Origin: Planctomycetota bacterium
GTDB taxonomy: Bacteria; Planctomycetota; Planctomycetia; JALXBF01
DNA: 20,000 nt
Reading direction: 5' to 3'
Assembly: GCA_026991575.1 (NCBI GenBank)
Contig: JALXBF010000049.1
Location: 52,369-72,368 of the forward strand
Position numbers and translations under genes: made by a program. Position 1 is the first letter of the stretch; every line of letters starts with the position of its first letter. Positions 18,418-20,000 of the stretch are shown here, piece by piece. Below the pieces are notes generated by a model. It worked only from the letters and a program-made list of their open reading frames with translations, was not told where the DNA came from and searched no databases.

Positions 18418-18425
18418 TCCGAGCA

Positions 18426-19847
18426 ATGGGACTGGTTATTACGAACAACATTCCCGCATTGAACGCGCAGCACAACCTTGCGCGGACCAGCGAAGCGCTG
18501 AACCGGTCGCTGGAACGGCTCTCGACCGGTCTTCGGATCAACCGTGGTGCGGATGGGCCGGCCAACCTGGTGATCTCCGAGCAGCAGCGCGCTCAGATCG
18601 TCGGTTTGGAGCAGGCGCTGGAGAACACCGACAAAGCCATCGCGATGATCCAGACGGCTGAGGGTGCGCTCAACGAGATCAACCGGCTGCTGCTAAAGAT
18701 CCGCGAACTCGCTCTCGACTCCGCCAACAGCGCTGTGAACGATGCCGACGCGCTGGCGGCAAATCAGGCCGAAGTCAAGAACGCGCTCGACACGATCAAG
18801 CGGATTGCCGAGACGACACAGTTCGGTACCAAGAAGCTGCTCGACGGCTCGGCCGGCATGACCGGGATCGCGTCCGATGCCGACGTGACCGTGCTGCGTG
18901 TGACAGAGAAGGCCTCAGAAGGTACCTATGCGGTCAACATCACGACGGCGGCGGAGCGCGCTGTTGTGGAAGCAGGGACGGCACAGACCGCTGCTCTGGC
19001 GCAGGATGAGCACCTGACGATCAACGGTGTTACCATTGCACTCTCGGCAGGCATGACGCAGACGCAAGTCATCGACGAAATCAACAAGTACACCGCTCAG
19101 ACGGGCGTCGTCGCCGACAATGGCGGCACAGGTGGTGCTACCAGGTTGTACACGCAGCAGTTCGGATCGGGTGCCTCCGTAACGGTCGTCTCCGACACCG
19201 CTGCAGCTTCTAATTCCACCGGCTTCGGCACGACACAGCTGACCGACACCGGTGTGGACATCGCGGGCACGATCGGTGGTGGTGCGGCAACAGGTACCGG
19301 CCGTGTGTTGATCGGCGACACCGGCGCAGCCGGTGAAGGGATTGCGATTGAAATCGCGATCGATTCGGCCAACATCATTCAGACGGTCAGCGGTGCGCAG
19401 GGCACGGTCCAGGTCGTCGATAAGAGCCTGGTCTTCCAGATTGGACCGAACGCCAACCAGACCGTCGAATTCGCAATCAAGAAGGTGAGCCCGGACGCCC
19501 TGGCCCTGGGTCTGAACGGCAACATGTTCGCCAAGCTGGCGGACATCGACGTCCAGTCAGCCGAGGGTGCCCAGGACGCCCTGGCGATCGTGGATCAGGC
19601 GATCGACGAGATCAGCACCCTACGCGGTGATCTGGGCGCGTTCCAGACGAACACGCTGGAATCCACCCGCAACAACCTGAGGACGACGCTGGAGAACCTG
19701 CGGGCTGCCGAATCGGTCATCCGTGACACCGACTTCGCAGCAGAGATCGCCAACTTCACCTCCAAGCAGGTGCTGCTGCAAGCGGGTGCGTCGGTTCTGT
19801 CGGCAGCCAACCAGGTGCCGCAGATCGTCCTCTCGCTTCTTCAATAA
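18426..19847 (+). CDS. fliC: Flagellin
   Basis: N-terminal ITNNIPALNAQHNL...LERLSTGLRINRGAD, IQTAEGALNEI; VFQIGPN; C-terminal RGDLGAFQ...ENLRAAESVIRDTDFAAE...QAGASVLSAANQVPQIVLSLLQ. Confidence 0.98.
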   Translation: MGLVITNNIPALNAQHNLARTSEALNRSLERLSTGLRINRGADGPANLVISEQQRAQIVGLEQALENTDKAIAMIQTAEGALNEINRLLLKIRELALDSANSAVNDADALAANQAEVKNALDTIKRIAETTQFGTKKLLDGSAGMTGIASDADVTVLRVTEKASEGTYAVNITTAAERAVVEAGTAQTAALAQDEHLTINGVTIALSAGMTQTQVIDEINKYTAQTGVVADNGGTGGATRLYTQQFGSGASVTVVSDTAAASNSTGFGTTQLTDTGVDIAGTIGGGAATGTGRVLIGDTGAAGEGIAIEIAIDSANIIQTVSGAQGTVQVVDKSLVFQIGPNANQTVEFAIKKVSPDALALGLNGNMFAKLADIDVQSAEGAQDALAIVDQAIDEISTLRGDLGAFQTNTLESTRNNLRTTLENLRAAESVIRDTDFAAEIANFTSKQVLLQAGASVLSAANQVPQIVLSLLQ

Positions 19848-19940
19848 CGCTCCAGCACGGTCCAACAACCGCAGCGACCCGCGCAGCGGCGCGCAAGCTA
19901 GCAGTGCGGTCGCTCCGGACCGACAAGAGCAGAACACGAC

Positions 19941-19975
19941 GCCTGGGGCTGAGCCCGCTCAGCCCCGGGCTTTTT
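19941..19975 (+). terminator. Intrinsic (Rho-independent) terminator downstream of flagellin
   Basis: GCCTGGGGCTGAG-CCCG-CTCAGCCCCGGGC (13-bp stem, one G-U pair) followed by TTTTT. Confidence 0.85.
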
Positions 19976-19987
19976 GATCCAGCAGCC

Positions 19988-20000
19988 AGGAGCACACCAT
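19988..20000 (+). promoter_or_regulatory. Probable ribosome binding site and truncated start codon of the next gene
   Basis: AGGAG at 19988-19992 followed 6 nt later by AT at the window edge. Confidence 0.45.

Noticed and set aside
18089..18565. N-terminal extension of the 860-aa TPR ORF
   Set aside because: Overlaps flagellin and its leader on the opposite strand and reads as non-protein-like; ATG 18088 gives a clean signal-anchor N-terminus.
1..20000. CRISPR arrays, tandem repeats, IS elements, tRNA/rRNA, stop-codon recoding
   Set aside because: No repeat-spacer periodicity, transposase/integrase motifs or tRNA/rRNA signatures seen by eye; TGA, TAG and TAA all end genes at expected positions.

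Overview
High-GC bacterial chromosomal window; the gene content suggests a flagellated Planctomycetota-like organism, but that placement is inference only. Left part: a same-strand trehalose/alpha-glucan cluster (maltokinase C-terminus, glgB, internally duplicated DUF5752-type protein, treT, treZ) ending in a divergent endonuclease III-like gene. Middle: minus-strand GT2 glycosyltransferase, universal stress protein and CPBP intramembrane protease, then a split two-gene NAD synthetase (nitrilase-fold glutaminase plus nadE). Right part: a flagellin gene with a structured GGA-rich leader and an intrinsic terminator. Divergent from it is a four-gene operon (membrane-anchored TPR protein with an embedded secretin-N0/STN-like segment, secreted TPR protein, FlgN/FliT-like helical protein, and a PAS-AAA+-Fis regulator lacking GAFTGA and Walker B). 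This operon converges on a degenerate HD-GYP gene preceded by a sigma28-like promoter. This flagellin-linked module is the best candidate for an undescribed system. No mobile elements, CRISPR arrays, rRNA or tRNA genes were recognised.
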